Positions 20,522 through 31,496 of a stretch of 39,457 nt of DNA are shown piece after piece. The stretch spans positions 1-39,457 of the forward strand of contig JBGQKK010000001.1 of NCBI GenBank assembly GCA_041499545.1, read 5' to 3'. Numbering within the stretch: position 1 is the first letter of the stretch; the number at the start of each line of letters is the position of its first letter. The notes below the pieces were generated by a model, which worked only from the letters and a program-made list of their open reading frames with translations, was not told the DNA's origin and did not search any database. The stretch is from Gammaproteobacteria bacterium (GTDB lineage Bacteria > Pseudomonadota > Gammaproteobacteria > Burkholderiales > SG8-39). A program made the translations under genes and the position numbers.

Positions 20522-22942
20522 CTAACCCGCTATAACCTTCGCCTTGGCCGGGGTGCCCGTCTCCCGCGCGAGCTGCAGCCAGGTGTCCACCACGGTATCG
20601 GGGTTGAGCGACAGGCTCTCGATCCCCTCCTGCACCAGCCACTTGGCGAAGTCGAGGTGGTCCGAGGGGCCCTGCCCGCAGATGCCGACGTACTTTCCCG
20701 CCTTGCGGCACGCCTGAATGGCCTGCCGCAGCAGCGCCTTGACGGCGGGATCGCGCTCGTCGAAAGCATCGGCCACCAGTCCTGAGTCGCGATCGAGGCC
20801 GAGCGTGAGCTGGGTGAGGTCGTTCGAGCCGATCGAGAAGCCGTCGAAATATTCGAGAAACTGCTCGGCGAGCACGGCGTTGGACGGCACCTCGCACATC
20901 ATGATGAGCCGCAGGCCGTTCTCCGCGCGCTTCAGCCCGTTCGCCGCGAGCAGCTCGATCACCTCGCGGCACTCCTTCAACGTGCGCACGAAGGGGACCA
21001 TGATCTCGACGTTCGTCAGGCCGATCTCGTTCCTCACCTTGCACATGGCCTCGCATTCCATCTCGAAGCACTCGCGGAACGACTGGGCGACGTAGCGCGA
21101 AGCGCCGCGGAAGCCGAGCATCGGGTTCTCTTCGTCGGGCTCGTACCGGGCGCCGCCGATCAGCTTCTTGTACTCGTTCGACTTGAAGTCGGACAGGCGC
21201 ACGATCACGGGCTTGGGCCAGAAGGCGGCGGCGATGGTCGCGATGCCTTCGGTGAGCTTTTCCACGAAGAACGCGCGTGGGTTGGCGTAGCCCCTCGCCG
21301 CCCGCTCGACCTCGCCCTTCAGCTCGGTCGGCAGGTTCGGATAGTCGATGACCGCCTTGGGATGCACGCCGATCATGTTGTTGATGACGAACTCGAGGCG
21401 CGCTAGACCGACCCCCGCGTTCGGCAGCCCCTGGAAGTCGAAGGCGAGGTGCGGGTTGCCGATGTTCATGGTGATCTTCACCGGGCACTCGGGCATCTCG
21501 CCGTAGTCGCGCGAGGTCACCTCGAAGTCGAGCTTGCCGCGGTAGATATGCCCGGTGTCGCCCTCCGCGCAGGACACGGTGCACGCCTCGCCGTCCTTGA
21601 GTTTGGCGGTGGCGTCGCCGCAGCCAACGACGGCGGGAATGCCGAGCTCGCGCGCGATGATCGCCGCGTGGCAGGTCCGCCCTCCCCGGTTGGTGACGAT
21701 GGCCGCGGCGCGCTTCATCACCGGCTCCCAGTTGGGGTCGGTCATGTCGGTGACGATGACGTCGCCCGCCTTGATGCGCGCCATCTCGGAGGCGTCCTTG
21801 ACCACGCGCGCGACGCCGGCGCCGATCTTGTGTCCGATGGCGCGGCCCGTAGCCAGCACCTCGGATTTCTGCCGGAGGAGAAAGCGCTCCTGACCCTCCG
21901 CGGACTTGCGGGACTTCACCGTCTCGGGCCGTGCCTGGAGGACGTAGAGCTTTGCGTCCGCGCCGTCCTTGGCCCATTCGATGTCCATCGGCCGTCCATA
22001 ATGCTCCTCGATCTTCACGGCGGAGCGCGCCAGCTCGATCACGTCCTCGTCGCTCAGGCAGAAGCGGTGGCGGTCGGCCTCAGCGACGTCCACCGTCTTG
22101 ACCGAGAGCCCGGCCGAGGCTTGATCTGTGAAGATCATCTTCTGCAATTTCGATCCGAGCCCGCGCCGGACCACCGGAAACTTGCCGGCGCGAAGCATGG
22201 GCTTGTGGACGTAGAACTCGTCCGGGTTGACCGCGCCCTGCACCACCATCTCCCCGAGGCCCCACGAGGCGGTGATGAAGACGACGTCGCGGAAGCCCGA
22301 TTCGGTGTCCATGGTGAACATCACGCCGCTTGCGCCCAGGTCGCTGCGCACCATGCGCTGCACGCCCGCGGAGAGCGCCACCGCCTCGTGCGCGTATCCC
22401 CGGTGGCGACGGTAGGAAATCGCGCGATCGTTGTACAGCGACGCGAACACCCGCTTTAGCGCGACCATCACGTTGGGCAGCCCGCGGATGTTGAGGAAGG
22501 TCTCCTGCTGGCCGGCAAAGGAGGCGTCGGGCAGGTCCTCGGCGGTCGCGCTGGAACGCACGGCGACCGATGCGTTCTCGTCGCTGCCGGTCAGCTCCCG
22601 GTACGCCTCTCCGATCGCCGATTCGAGCTGCTTCGGGAATTCGGCGGCCTCGATCCAGCCGCGAATCTCCTTTCCGCAGCGCGCGAGCGCGTCCACGTCA
22701 TCGGGATCGAGCCCCTTCAGGCGCGCCTCGATGCGTCCGGCGAGCCCGCCTTGACCGAGAAACTCGCGGAAGGCGTCGGCGGTGGTGGCGAAGCCTCCCG
22801 GGACCCGGATCCCCGCCTGGGAAAGCCGGGAAATCATCTCGCCGAGCGACGCGTTCTTGCCTCCCACCTGCTCGACTTCGGCCATCCCGAGCCGATCGAA
22901 ATTCACCACGTATTTGAGCTTAGCCATGCCCTCGTTTCTCAT
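20522..22942 (-). CDS. ppsA: phosphoenolpyruvate synthase (pyruvate, water dikinase)
   Basis: 806 aa. N-terminal [11 protein letters not shown], phospho-His swivel motif [21 protein letters not shown], and a C-terminal PEP-utilising TIM barrel ([12 protein letters not shown]). An alternative start is the ATG at 22927. Confidence 0.96.
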   Translation of the reverse strand: MRNEGMAKLKYVVNFDRLGMAEVEQVGGKNASLGEMISRLSQAGIRVPGGFATTADAFREFLGQGGLAGRIEARLKGLDPDDVDALARCGKEIRGWIEAAEFPKQLESAIGEAYRELTGSDENASVAVRSSATAEDLPDASFAGQQETFLNIRGLPNVMVALKRVFASLYNDRAISYRRHRGYAHEAVALSAGVQRMVRSDLGASGVMFTMDTESGFRDVVFITASWGLGEMVVQGAVNPDEFYVHKPMLRAGKFPVVRRGLGSKLQKMIFTDQASAGLSVKTVDVAEADRHRFCLSDEDVIELARSAVKIEEHYGRPMDIEWAKDGADAKLYVLQARPETVKSRKSAEGQERFLLRQKSEVLATGRAIGHKIGAGVARVVKDASEMARIKAGDVIVTDMTDPNWEPVMKRAAAIVTNRGGRTCHAAIIARELGIPAVVGCGDATAKLKDGEACTVSCAEGDTGHIYRGKLDFEVTSRDYGEMPECPVKITMNIGNPHLAFDFQGLPNAGVGLARLEFVINNMIGVHPKAVIDYPNLPTELKGEVERAARGYANPRAFFVEKLTEGIATIAAAFWPKPVIVRLSDFKSNEYKKLIGGARYEPDEENPMLGFRGASRYVAQSFRECFEMECEAMCKVRNEIGLTNVEIMVPFVRTLKECREVIELLAANGLKRAENGLRLIMMCEVPSNAVLAEQFLEYFDGFSIGSNDLTQLTLGLDRDSGLVADAFDERDPAVKALLRQAIQACRKAGKYVGICGQGPSDHLDFAKWLVQEGIESLSLNPDTVVDTWLQLARETGTPAKAKVIAG

Positions 22943-23042
22943 CGGAACTGAGGCCGAAGTTGAAGGATCTTGTTGAAACGGCTATTTTACAGACAGCGTC
23001 ATTTCGGCGCAGCCGCCTTAGCGCGTCTCAATAACCCTCTTC

Positions 23043-23870
23043 ATGCCCGATCGCCGCCGTACCGTGTTCTTCGTCTCGGACGGCACCGGCATCACGGTCG
23101 AGATGCTCGGGCACAGCCTGCTCACGCAGTTCGACGGCGTCGAGTCCAACCACGAGACCATCCCCTTCGTCGACTCGGTCGCCAAGGCCGAGGCCTGCGT
23201 GACCCGGATCAACGGCACCCCGCGGCCGGCGAGCTTCCGCCCCGTCGTTTTCACCACGCTCGTGAATCCCGAGATACGAGAGACCGTGCGCAAGGCGGAC
23301 GCATTCGTGCTGGATTTCTTCGAGATCTTCCTCGACCCGCTGGAAGCGGAGTTCGGCTCGAAATCGACCCACACCGTCGGGCGCTCCCACAGCGCGCGCG
23401 ACGCGAAGGGCTATACGCACCGCATCGACGCCATCAATTTCGCCCTCGCCCACGACGACGGGGCGTCCTCCCGGGACCTCGACAAGGCGGACGTGATCCT
23501 GATCGGGGTGTCGCGCAGCGGCAAGACACCGACCAGCCTGTACCTCTCCCTGCAGTTCGGCATCCGTGCGGCCAACTGCCCGCTGATCCCGGAAGATTTC
23601 GACCGCATGAGCCTGCCCAAGGCGCTGGAGGGTTACCGTCACAAGCTCTTCGGCCTGTCGATCGCGCCCGAGCGCCTTCGCGAGATCCGCAACGAGCGCC
23701 GGCCCAACAGCAAGTACGCCGAGCTGGAGAACTGCCGCTACGAGGTGCAGCAGGCCGAGAAGCTCATGCAGCGCGAGGGTGTCCGCTGGGCCAACTCCAC
23801 GACCAAGTCGATCGAGGAGATCGCCACGACCATCATGCAGGAATTCAAGTTGGAGCGACGCGTGTACTGA
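23043..23870 (+). CDS. ppsR: PEP synthase regulatory protein (bifunctional kinase/pyrophosphorylase, DUF299)
   Basis: 275 aa. [14 protein letters not shown]-terminus and P-loop [11 protein letters not shown]. Divergent from ppsA. Confidence 0.93.
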   Translation: MPDRRRTVFFVSDGTGITVEMLGHSLLTQFDGVESNHETIPFVDSVAKAEACVTRINGTPRPASFRPVVFTTLVNPEIRETVRKADAFVLDFFEIFLDPLEAEFGSKSTHTVGRSHSARDAKGYTHRIDAINFALAHDDGASSRDLDKADVILIGVSRSGKTPTSLYLSLQFGIRAANCPLIPEDFDRMSLPKALEGYRHKLFGLSIAPERLREIRNERRPNSKYAELENCRYEVQQAEKLMQREGVRWANSTTKSIEEIATTIMQEFKLERRVY

Positions 23871-24645
23871 CGCCCCGCTGCCGGATCTGCTCGAAGAGAC
23901 ATATGGCAGCCGCGGCGGCCACATTGAGCGACTCCGCCGAACCCGGCATCGGAATCCGCACCTGCGTCGTCGCCGCGGCTCTCGCCGCCGAGGACAATCC
24001 CGCCCCTTCGTTCCCGAACAGCCACGCCACCTCCCCCTTAAGATCGAGATCGTAAAGGGAAGTCTGCGCGCGCGGCGCGGTGGCGATGATCCGGCCGCCG
24101 AACGAACGCGAGACTTCCTCCAGATCGACGTCTTCGAAGATCGACAGGAAGAAGTGCGCTCCCATGCCGGCGCGCACGACCTTGGGGGCCCAGGCGAAGA
24201 CCGATCCGCTGGAGAGAAACACCTGGCGCGTCCCGGCCGCGACGGCGGTGCGCAGTATCGACCCCAGATTCCCGGGGTCCTGGATGTTCTCCAGCAGCAG
24301 GCAGCCCGATGCGAGCTTCGGCAAGGGGCCGGCCTCGGGGGTGCGGATGACGGCCGCCACGCGGGCTGCGCTCGCGAGCTGGGAGACCTTGGCGAGGACG
24401 TCGTCGGCGAGCACCAGGCGCGAGCGCGCCCGGAAACTCTCGAGCAGAACCTGAATCCCGGGGTCGGCGAAGGCGCTCTCGCTCGCGAGTATCGTCTCAG
24501 CCGTGCCGCCGCTCTCCCCGTACGCCCGCACCAGACGCTCGCCTTCGAGCAGCGTTGTGCCGGTCTTGCGGCGCTCCCGCGACGAGCCCGCGAGCTTGAC
24601 CAGGGCCTTGACCGCGGGGTTGCTTCTCGAGCGGATCGCTTTCAC
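23845..24645 (-). CDS. TrmH/SpoU-family RNA 2'-O-methyltransferase
   Basis: 266 aa, GTG start overlapping the upstream stop (GTGA). SPOUT motifs [24 protein letters not shown] and [17 protein letters not shown]. Confidence 0.85.
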   Translation of the reverse strand: MKAIRSRSNPAVKALVKLAGSSRERRKTGTTLLEGERLVRAYGESGGTAETILASESAFADPGIQVLLESFRARSRLVLADDVLAKVSQLASAARVAAVIRTPEAGPLPKLASGCLLLENIQDPGNLGSILRTAVAAGTRQVFLSSGSVFAWAPKVVRAGMGAHFFLSIFEDVDLEEVSRSFGGRIIATAPRAQTSLYDLDLKGEVAWLFGNEGAGLSSAARAAATTQVRIPMPGSAESLNVAAAAAICLFEQIRQRGVSTRVAPT

Positions 24646-25943
24646 GGCGTGGCGCAGGTGCGAAAACCCGCGAAGATGTCGCCCCGCTCGGGCGTATAAA
24701 AATTTCTCCAGCTGGTTGCGATGAGTCGCGCGGGCGTCGCGAAGCTGCCCCCGCGCAGCACTTTGTGAGTTCCGAACCAGGGCTCGGAGTACTCGCGATA
24801 AGGATCACACACGAACCCCGGATAAGGCGCGAAGGTGCTGGAGGTCCATTCCCAGACGTTGCCGATCATCTGGCGACACCCGCCGAAGCTGTCGCCCGAG
24901 GGAAACCGGTCCACGGGCACTCGGCCGCTGCTGCCCAGGTTGGCGCGGCCGCCTTCGCTCGAATCTCCCCAAGGGTAGCGGCGCCGGCGGTTCTCTCCGG
25001 CGAGAGAGGCGGCGACCTCCCATTCGGCTTCGCTGGGCAGGCGCCGGCCGGCGTAGCGGCAGTACGCGCTGGCCTCGTGCCAATCGACATGCATGACCGG
25101 AAGATCGGGCAGGAGAGGGATCCACTCGGAAAAACGGCGCTCGAGCCACTGCTTGTCCCGCTGGGCCCAGTAGCGCGGCGCGCTCGCCTCGCCCTTGCAT
25201 TCCCACCCTTGCGGTGACCACCACTCGCGGCTCCGGTACCCGCCTTCGCGGACGAACGCCAGGAACTCCTCGTTCGTGACCGGCGACCGCGCGATCCGGA
25301 AAGGTGCGAGCTCCACCGGGTGCGCCCATTTCTCGTTGTCGAAGTGAAAACCGGAGTTGCGCGACGCGCCGATCATATAGGTCCCGCCGGGCAGCTCCGC
25401 GTCGCCCCGTGCCTCCTCGCCCTTCCCTGCGGCGGGCGAGGCTTCACGCCCGAACGGATCGGTGTACGCGAGCGTCTGGCGGGTGTAATGAAACGCCTCG
25501 GCGTGCATATCTTCGTGGAAGATCGCCAACTGCACGAAATAGGCGAGCCACGGGTCCTCCGGCTCCCGGTCGAGCCGCGCCAGCACGCCTTCGAGCACCC
25601 GCTCCTGGAAATCGAGGGTACGGGACAGCTCGGGCAGCGGCAGGTCCCAGCGCTCGTCGTGGGCGACCTTCGCCGAGTCGTAGAGGGCATCGGACCCTTC
25701 GAGCAGGCTGGCCGACAGCGATTCGTCGGGGCGCAGCCTCAGGCACCAGCGCTCCTGGAACCAGGCGACGTGCCCCAGCTCCCACAACACGGGATTGACG
25801 ATCGTGCACCTGGGGCCGAACAATTGCTGGCCCTGGAGGTCGCCCGTGAGCGCCCGGGTGCGCCGCCTCGCGTCCCGCAACTGGTCCGAGAGCGTTCGAG
25901 AATTTTCGTGAAAGGACGCCATGGGCTGGAAAGAATCGAACAT
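24642..25943 (-). CDS. EgtB-family DinB + FGE-sulfatase-domain synthase; candidate selenoneine synthase (SenA-like)
   Basis: Start taken at ATG 25943 (alternative 25922), 433 aa. The DinB-like N-domain has the 3-His iron pattern (WELGHVAWFQE; FHEDMHAEAFHY). The C-terminal FGE-sulfatase-like domain has GNVWEWT and RGGSFAT. The listed ORF 24642..26120 extends over the divergent gene. Confidence 0.7.
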   Translation of the reverse strand: MFDSFQPMASFHENSRTLSDQLRDARRRTRALTGDLQGQQLFGPRCTIVNPVLWELGHVAWFQERWCLRLRPDESLSASLLEGSDALYDSAKVAHDERWDLPLPELSRTLDFQERVLEGVLARLDREPEDPWLAYFVQLAIFHEDMHAEAFHYTRQTLAYTDPFGREASPAAGKGEEARGDAELPGGTYMIGASRNSGFHFDNEKWAHPVELAPFRIARSPVTNEEFLAFVREGGYRSREWWSPQGWECKGEASAPRYWAQRDKQWLERRFSEWIPLLPDLPVMHVDWHEASAYCRYAGRRLPSEAEWEVAASLAGENRRRRYPWGDSSEGGRANLGSSGRVPVDRFPSGDSFGGCRQMIGNVWEWTSSTFAPYPGFVCDPYREYSEPWFGTHKVLRGGSFATPARLIATSWRNFYTPERGDIFAGFRTCATP

Positions 25944-25946
25944 TAC

Positions 25947-26945
25947 ATGAAAATTGCGCTCATCACGCCGGCGGGACGGCGCTCGCGAAGCGGCAACCGG
26001 CACACCGCGATTCGCTGGGCCGAGATGCTGCGCTCCCTTGGACATACGGTCCGGGTCTCGCGCGTCTGGGACGGCTGGGCTGCCGATGCCATGATCGCGC
26101 TGCACGCGCGGCGCAGCCATGCCTCCATCGCCGGATTCAGGGAACGCCGTCCCGGCGCGCCGCTGGTCGTCGTCCTCACCGGCACCGACTTGTACCGTGA
26201 TATCCGCTCGGACAGGGACGCGCAGGCTTCGCTCGACCTCGCCGACCGCCTGGTCGTCCTGCAGGACATGGGCAAGCTCGAGCTCGCGCCGCGGCTACGG
26301 ACCAAGACGCGGGTGATCTACCAATCGGCCGAGAGCCACGCGAGCTCCTACCGTCGGTCGCGGGGCTTTCGCATCGCGGTGCTCGGCCACCTGCGCGAAG
26401 AGAAAGACCCCTTCCGTGCGGCGCTCGCGCTGGCACGTCTGGCCGACCGGCCCGATCTCGAAATCGTGCATTTGGGCGAGGCCCTTTCGCCCGCCATGGC
26501 TCGCGAGGCGCAGCGCCTGATGCGGATCGATGCCCGCTACCGGTGGCTGGGAAACGTGGCCCATGGCACTGCGCTCGAGTGGCTCGCCGGGAGCCGCCTC
26601 CTCGTCCTCAGCTCGCGCATGGAGGGCGGCGCCAACGTGGTCTGCGAAGCCGCCGCCGCCGGTGTTCCCGTGATCGCGTCCCGGGTTTCGGGCAACGTCG
26701 GCATGCTGGGCCGAGCTTATCCCGGCTACTACCGGCTCGGTGACGAGCGCGCGCTCGCACGCCAAATTCGCCGCGCCGCCCTCGATCCGGCGTATTACGC
26801 GCGCTTGAAGGCCTTCACCGTCGCGCGCCGCCCGCTGTTTCGTCCCGCAGCGGAACGCCGGGGACTGCGCATGCTCCTGGCCGAGCTCACGCGCCCTCAG
26901 CCGCGCTCGAGCAGCTCCCGGACCGGGGCGAAGCTGCGGCGATAG
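25947..26945 (+). CDS. GT-B glycosyltransferase; candidate selenosugar synthase (SenB-like)
   Basis: Start at ATG 25947 ([24 protein letters not shown]...), 332 aa. GT4-like C-terminal motif [24 protein letters not shown]. The listed ORF 25320.. is an antisense extension over the EgtB-like gene. Confidence 0.6.
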   Translation: MKIALITPAGRRSRSGNRHTAIRWAEMLRSLGHTVRVSRVWDGWAADAMIALHARRSHASIAGFRERRPGAPLVVVLTGTDLYRDIRSDRDAQASLDLADRLVVLQDMGKLELAPRLRTKTRVIYQSAESHASSYRRSRGFRIAVLGHLREEKDPFRAALALARLADRPDLEIVHLGEALSPAMAREAQRLMRIDARYRWLGNVAHGTALEWLAGSRLLVLSSRMEGGANVVCEAAAAGVPVIASRVSGNVGMLGRAYPGYYRLGDERALARQIRRAALDPAYYARLKAFTVARRPLFRPAAERRGLRMLLAELTRPQPRSSSSRTGAKLRR

Positions 26946-27478
26946 GCCTCGCAGACGCCGTACCGGCGCAAAGCTTTGAGATGCCGCGGGGTCGGGTATC
27001 CCTTGTGCTCGTCGAAGCCGTACTGGGGAAAGCGCTCGTGGAGGCGGCGCATTTCCGCGTCTCGCGCGGTTTTCGCCAGGATGGAAGCGGCGGAAATCAC
27101 CTTAACCGTCGCATCCCCGTCGATCACCGCCCGGGCGGGAATCGCGAGCGCGGGACAATGCGCTCCGTCGAGCAGAACTTCATCGGGTGCGAGGCTCAGC
27201 GACTCCACGGCACGCCGCATGGCGAGCAGGCTCGCCTGAAGGATATTCAAGCTGTCGATCTCCTCGACGCTCGCCCATGCCACCGCCCAGGCGAGCGCCC
27301 TCTCCTTGATGACCCCGGCGAGCCGCTCGCGACGCCGGGCGCTGAGAAGCTTCGAATCGGCGATGCCGTTCGGCGCGCGCCGCCCGGGAAAAAATACGAC
27401 GGCCGCCGCGAAGACCGGGCCGGCGAGCGGTCCCCGGCCGGCTTCGTCGACGCCGCAGATCAAGCGGGTCGCAACCAC
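26897..27478 (-). CDS. rnhB: ribonuclease HII
   Basis: GTG start at 27478 ([22 protein letters not shown]...), 193 aa. DEAGRG and DSK motifs. The listed ORF 26897..28459 is an extension into lpxB. Confidence 0.92.
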   Translation of the reverse strand: MVATRLICGVDEAGRGPLAGPVFAAAVVFFPGRRAPNGIADSKLLSARRRERLAGVIKERALAWAVAWASVEEIDSLNILQASLLAMRRAVESLSLAPDEVLLDGAHCPALAIPARAVIDGDATVKVISAASILAKTARDAEMRRLHERFPQYGFDEHKGYPTPRHLKALRRYGVCEAYRRSFAPVRELLERG

Positions 27479-28614
27479 GGGAGAAGCGCCTCGCTCGCTC
27501 GCGCCGCGGTGTCTTTGCGCAGGAGAAGGCGTATCCGGTCGAGTCGCTCGGGAAGCTTGCGGTTGACGACCGGGTCGTTGAGCGAGTTCAGCACCGCCTG
27601 CGCCAGGTTGTCCGGCGTCGCGTCGCCCTGCAAGATCTCGGGCACGATGAATTCGCCGGCGATGATGTTCGGCAAGCCGGCGTAGGGCACGGTGGCCATT
27701 TTCGTCATGAGTCGGGCGGTGAGCTTGGCCATCTTGTATGTGATGACCATGGGCTTGCGGGCGAGCGCCGCTTCTAGCGTTGCCGTTCCGCTTGCCACCA
27801 GCGCAACGTCGCACGCGGCAAGCGCCTCGCGCGCGTGCCCGAACAGGACGGTGACCGGCAAGTCCGACGCGCCCGCGTCGTAGATCACCTCTTCGAAGAT
27901 GGCTCGCGTCTCGCGGCTGATGAGCGGAACCAGAAAGTGCACGGCCGGCTGGCGCGCTGCGATGAGCTTGGCGGTCCGCACGAAGCAAGGCGCCATGTAC
28001 CTGAGCTCCGATTGCCGGCTGCCCGGGAGCAGCGCGATGATCTTGCGGGTCGCGGGGAGCTTCAGCTGCTCGCGCGCGGCCGCGGTACCGTTGTCCTCGG
28101 AGGTCAAATCGGCGAGCGGGTGACCGACGTAGGCGACCGGAATCCCGGCGTCGCGGTAGAGCGGTTCCTCGAAGGGAAACAACACCAGCATCTTGTCGAC
28201 CGAGGCGGCGATCGACGACATGCGCCCGCCGCGCCATCCCCACAGCGAAGGACTCACATAGTGCACCGTGGGAATGCCCGAGCGCTTCAACGTGCGCTCG
28301 AGCGACAGGTTGAAATCCGGCGCATCGACGCCGATGAAGAGCCTGGGCCTGATCTCGAGCAGCCGCCGCTGGAGTTTGCGGCGGATCGCGAGGATCTCGA
28401 GGAAGTGCCGGAGAACCTCGACGTAGCCCCGAACCGCGAGCTTCTCCATGGGAAACCACGATTCGAAGCCTTGCGCTTCCATCTTCGGCCCGCCGATGCC
28501 CACGAAGCGCAGGCCGGGAACACGCTCACGCAGCGCCGCGACGAGGTGAGCGCCGAGGAAATCCCCCGACGCCTCACCCGCCACCATGCCTACGAGAATG
28601 GGATCGCCTTCCAC
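27460..28614 (-). CDS. lpxB: lipid-A-disaccharide synthase
   Basis: N-terminal ...[15 protein letters not shown]... motif. GTG at 28614 lies 4 nt after the lpxA stop (alternative ATG 28587). lpxA-lpxB-rnhB order. Confidence 0.9.
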   Translation of the reverse strand: MEGDPILVGMVAGEASGDFLGAHLVAALRERVPGLRFVGIGGPKMEAQGFESWFPMEKLAVRGYVEVLRHFLEILAIRRKLQRRLLEIRPRLFIGVDAPDFNLSLERTLKRSGIPTVHYVSPSLWGWRGGRMSSIAASVDKMLVLFPFEEPLYRDAGIPVAYVGHPLADLTSEDNGTAAAREQLKLPATRKIIALLPGSRQSELRYMAPCFVRTAKLIAARQPAVHFLVPLISRETRAIFEEVIYDAGASDLPVTVLFGHAREALAACDVALVASGTATLEAALARKPMVITYKMAKLTARLMTKMATVPYAGLPNIIAGEFIVPEILQGDATPDNLAQAVLNSLNDPVVNRKLPERLDRIRLLLRKDTAARASEALLPWLRPA

Positions 28615-28618
28615 GCGC

Positions 28619-29389
28619 TCAGCGCACAATGCCCCGCCGCGAACGCTCGAGGAAATCGGCGAGGATCCGCAGCTCCGGCGCCTTTTCCGCCTGCTCGGCA
28701 ATTTCAACCCTCGCCTCCTCGAGTCCGAGCCCGGACCGATAGAGAGTCTTGTAAGCGCGCTTGATTTCGGCGATTTGTTCCTCACTGAAGCCGCGCCGCT
28801 TCAAGCCTTCCGCGTTGATCCCGAAGGGCTTCGCGCTGTTGCCCGCCGCCATGACGTAAGGAGGCAGATCCTGCAAGAGAAGCGTGGCGCCCGCGGTCAT
28901 GGAATGCGCGCCGATCATGACGAACTGGTGAACGCCCGTCAGCCCGCCCAGGATGGCATAGTCGCCGACATGCACATGACCGGCGATCGAGGCGCCGTTG
29001 GCGAAGATCGTGTGGCTTCCCACCTGGCAGTCGTGCGCGACATGGACATAGGCCATCATCCAGTTGTCGTTGCCGATGCGCGTCACGCCCGCATCCTGCG
29101 CGGTTCCGCAGTTGAAGGTGCAAAATTCCCGGATGGTATTGCCGTCCCCGATCTCGAGGACAGTCGGCTCGCCCGCGTATTTCTTGTCCTGGGGTTCGCC
29201 ACCGAGCGCACTGAACGCAAAGATGCGGTTTCGCGCCCCGATGCGCGTCCTTCCTTCGATCACGACGTGCGCCCCGACGGTAGTCCCTTCGCCGATCTCG
29301 ACGTGCTCGCTGATGACGGAATAGGGGCCGACCGATACACCGGCGGCGAGCTTCGCCGCGGGATGAACGATCGCGCTCGGGTGGATCAT
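28619..29389 (-). CDS. lpxA: acyl-ACP--UDP-N-acetylglucosamine O-acyltransferase
   Basis: ATG at 29389 overlaps the fabZ stop (ATGA). [26 protein letters not shown]... hexapeptide repeats, 256 aa. Confidence 0.94.
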   Translation of the reverse strand: MIHPSAIVHPAAKLAAGVSVGPYSVISEHVEIGEGTTVGAHVVIEGRTRIGARNRIFAFSALGGEPQDKKYAGEPTVLEIGDGNTIREFCTFNCGTAQDAGVTRIGNDNWMMAYVHVAHDCQVGSHTIFANGASIAGHVHVGDYAILGGLTGVHQFVMIGAHSMTAGATLLLQDLPPYVMAAGNSAKPFGINAEGLKRRGFSEEQIAEIKRAYKTLYRSGLGLEEARVEIAEQAEKAPELRILADFLERSRRGIVR

Positions 29390-29826
29390 GCCGGCCGCAG
29401 CGTGCACAGCAGCGTCGCCTCGGCGGCGAGCGCGTCTGCGACGCGCGCTTCGGCAGAAAATTTCATCAGCTCCCGGCCGATGCGATCGGCGGTCACTTCG
29501 AGCCGGAGCTGATCGCCGGGGACCACGGGACGCTTGAATCGCGCGCCGTCGATCCCGACGAGATAGTAGATCGACTTGTCGTCCGACTTCTTCTCGGCGG
29601 TGCGAAATGCAAGAATCGCGGCGGCCTGCGCAAGCGCCTCGACGACGAGGACCCCCGGCATCACGGGAAGGCGTGGAAAATGCCCCGTGAAAAAAGGCTC
29701 GTTGATCGTGACGTTCTTGATCGCGAGGATGCGCTTTCCCGGCTCGCATTCGATGATCCGGTCCACCAGAAGCATGGGATAGCGGTGCGGCAAGGTTTCC
29801 AGGATCGCGCGGATGTCCATCGTCAT
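29386..29826 (-). CDS. fabZ: 3-hydroxyacyl-ACP dehydratase
   Basis: 146 aa. [12 protein letters not shown] and [16 protein letters not shown] hot-dog motifs. Confidence 0.96.
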   Translation of the reverse strand: MTMDIRAILETLPHRYPMLLVDRIIECEPGKRILAIKNVTINEPFFTGHFPRLPVMPGVLVVEALAQAAAILAFRTAEKKSDDKSIYYLVGIDGARFKRPVVPGDQLRLEVTADRIGRELMKFSAEARVADALAAEATLLCTLRPA

Positions 29827-29830
29827 CGTT

Positions 29831-30886
29831 CTACCTCTTTCTCTTTCTTGTTTGCGGCTTTGAACGTCCTTCCAGCTCGCGTACCCGCTTCGAGAGCCGG
29901 TCGAGGCTCCGCAGGTGCGCGATCGTCTTGGCCCATTCCCGGCCGGGCTCGGCCGGCAGCACGGCAGTATACGTGCCCGCGCTCCTGATCGATTTCGTCA
30001 CGAAGGTCGTCGCGGTAATCGACACATGGTCGGCGATGTCGATGTGGCCCATGATGCGCGCCGCCCCGCCGATGGCGCAGTGCTTGCCGATACGGGTGCT
30101 GCCCGCCACGCCTACGCAGGCGGCCATGACGGTGTGCGCACCGACGCGAACGTTGTGGCCGATCTGGATTTGGTTGTCGAGCTTGACGCCGTCTTCGATC
30201 ACGGTGTCGTCCAGCGCGCCTCGGTCGATCGTGGTGTTCGCCCCGATCTCCACGTCGTCGCCGATGACGACGCGGCCGGTCTGGGGAATCTTGATCCACT
30301 TTCCGGCCTCGGGCGCGATGCCGAAGCCGTCGGCGCCGATCACAGCCCCCGCGTGGATCAGCACGCGCCTGCCGATGACACTGCGCGGATAGATCGTGAC
30401 CGAAGGGCCCAGGCGTCCATCCTCTCCGATCTGGGCGTCTTCCCCGATCGTACAGCCCGGACCGAGCACGACGCGCTCCCCGAGGCGGGCGCCGCGGCCG
30501 ACATGGCAGAAAGGTCCCACCGTGGCCGATGCCGCGATCTCCGCCCCCGCTTCGACCGCCGCCTGCGGATGAATGCCCGGAGCGGGTCGCCCTTCCGGGT
30601 TCAGCAGCTGCGCCGCCCGCGCGTAGTAGAGGTAGGGGTCGTCGCACAGTATCCTCGGCAGATTCGTGGCTCCCCGCTGCCCTCTCGCGAGAATCACCGC
30701 CGCAGCGCGCGTGTCGCGCAGTTGATGAAGGTACTTCGCATTCGAGACGAAGGACAAGTCCCCCGGCCCGGCGCTTTCGAGGGTTGCAATGCGGCGAATT
30801 TGCGCGTTGGGATCGCCTATCAGCTCCCCGCCCAGCTGCGACACGATTTCGCCGAGCCGGTGGATGCGTGAGGTGGATTGCGTCAC
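29831..30886 (-). CDS. lpxD: UDP-3-O-acylglucosamine N-acyltransferase
   Basis: 351 aa, GTG start. Left-handed beta-helix hexapeptide repeats throughout. skp-lpxD-fabZ order. Confidence 0.94.
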   Translation of the reverse strand: MTQSTSRIHRLGEIVSQLGGELIGDPNAQIRRIATLESAGPGDLSFVSNAKYLHQLRDTRAAAVILARGQRGATNLPRILCDDPYLYYARAAQLLNPEGRPAPGIHPQAAVEAGAEIAASATVGPFCHVGRGARLGERVVLGPGCTIGEDAQIGEDGRLGPSVTIYPRSVIGRRVLIHAGAVIGADGFGIAPEAGKWIKIPQTGRVVIGDDVEIGANTTIDRGALDDTVIEDGVKLDNQIQIGHNVRVGAHTVMAACVGVAGSTRIGKHCAIGGAARIMGHIDIADHVSITATTFVTKSIRSAGTYTAVLPAEPGREWAKTIAHLRSLDRLSKRVRELEGRSKPQTRKRKR

Positions 30887-30930
30887 GAGTGATCTGAATC
30901 CCTATCGCAGTCGGGCCGCCGCCCGCGGAC

Positions 30931-31461
30931 TTACTTGTCGCCCGGGCGTGGTTCGCTCAACGCCTTGATGACCTTGTCGGTGATGTCGATGCGATTGCTC
31001 GCCCAGACGACCTGGTCGTTCTGAAGCACCAAGTCGAGCTTCTCGGCCTCGGCGACCAGTTTCACGGCGCGGTTGGCGCGCTCGATGACGTTCTCGAACG
31101 CCTTCTTGCGCTCCTGGGCCAGTTCTTCGTTGAAATCCCTCTGCTTTCTCTGAAACTCCCGGTTGGCGTCGCCGAACTCGCGCTCTCGCTTCAGGCGGTC
31201 GGATTCCGGCATGGTGACGGCGTTCCTCTCGAGATTTTCCTGCATCTTCTTCAACTGCTCGGCCTGCTTGGACAGATCCTGGGCGCGCGGGGAGAATTCC
31301 TGCTCCAGCTTCGTCTGCGCGAGCCGGGCGGCAGGTGCTTCGCGCAGGATCCGCTCCAGGCTGACGAAGCCGATGCTCGTCTGCGCGAGCGCCGACGGGG
31401 CCGCCGCCAGGAGCGCTAAGAAAGTCCAGCCGGCCAGCGAGCGCGGCGCAATATGTGCCAT
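30931..31461 (-). CDS. skp: OmpH/Skp periplasmic chaperone
   Basis: Start at ATG 31461 (MAHIAPRSLAGWTFLALLAAAPSALAQ signal peptide; alternative 31473). Coiled-coil K/E/Q-rich body. Immediately downstream of bamA. Confidence 0.85.
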   Translation of the reverse strand: MAHIAPRSLAGWTFLALLAAAPSALAQTSIGFVSLERILREAPAARLAQTKLEQEFSPRAQDLSKQAEQLKKMQENLERNAVTMPESDRLKREREFGDANREFQRKQRDFNEELAQERKKAFENVIERANRAVKLVAEAEKLDLVLQNDQVVWASNRIDITDKVIKALSEPRPGDK

Positions 31462-31496
31462 CGACCCTGTCATAAAATGGGGATTATACCGGGCCG

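Noticed and set aside
30887-30930. Short GC hairpin (cgggc-cgc-cgcccg) between skp and lpxD; considered as an attenuator or terminator.
   Set aside because: The stem is only ~5 bp with no following U-tract. skp-lpxD are normally co-transcribed, so the evidence is insufficient.
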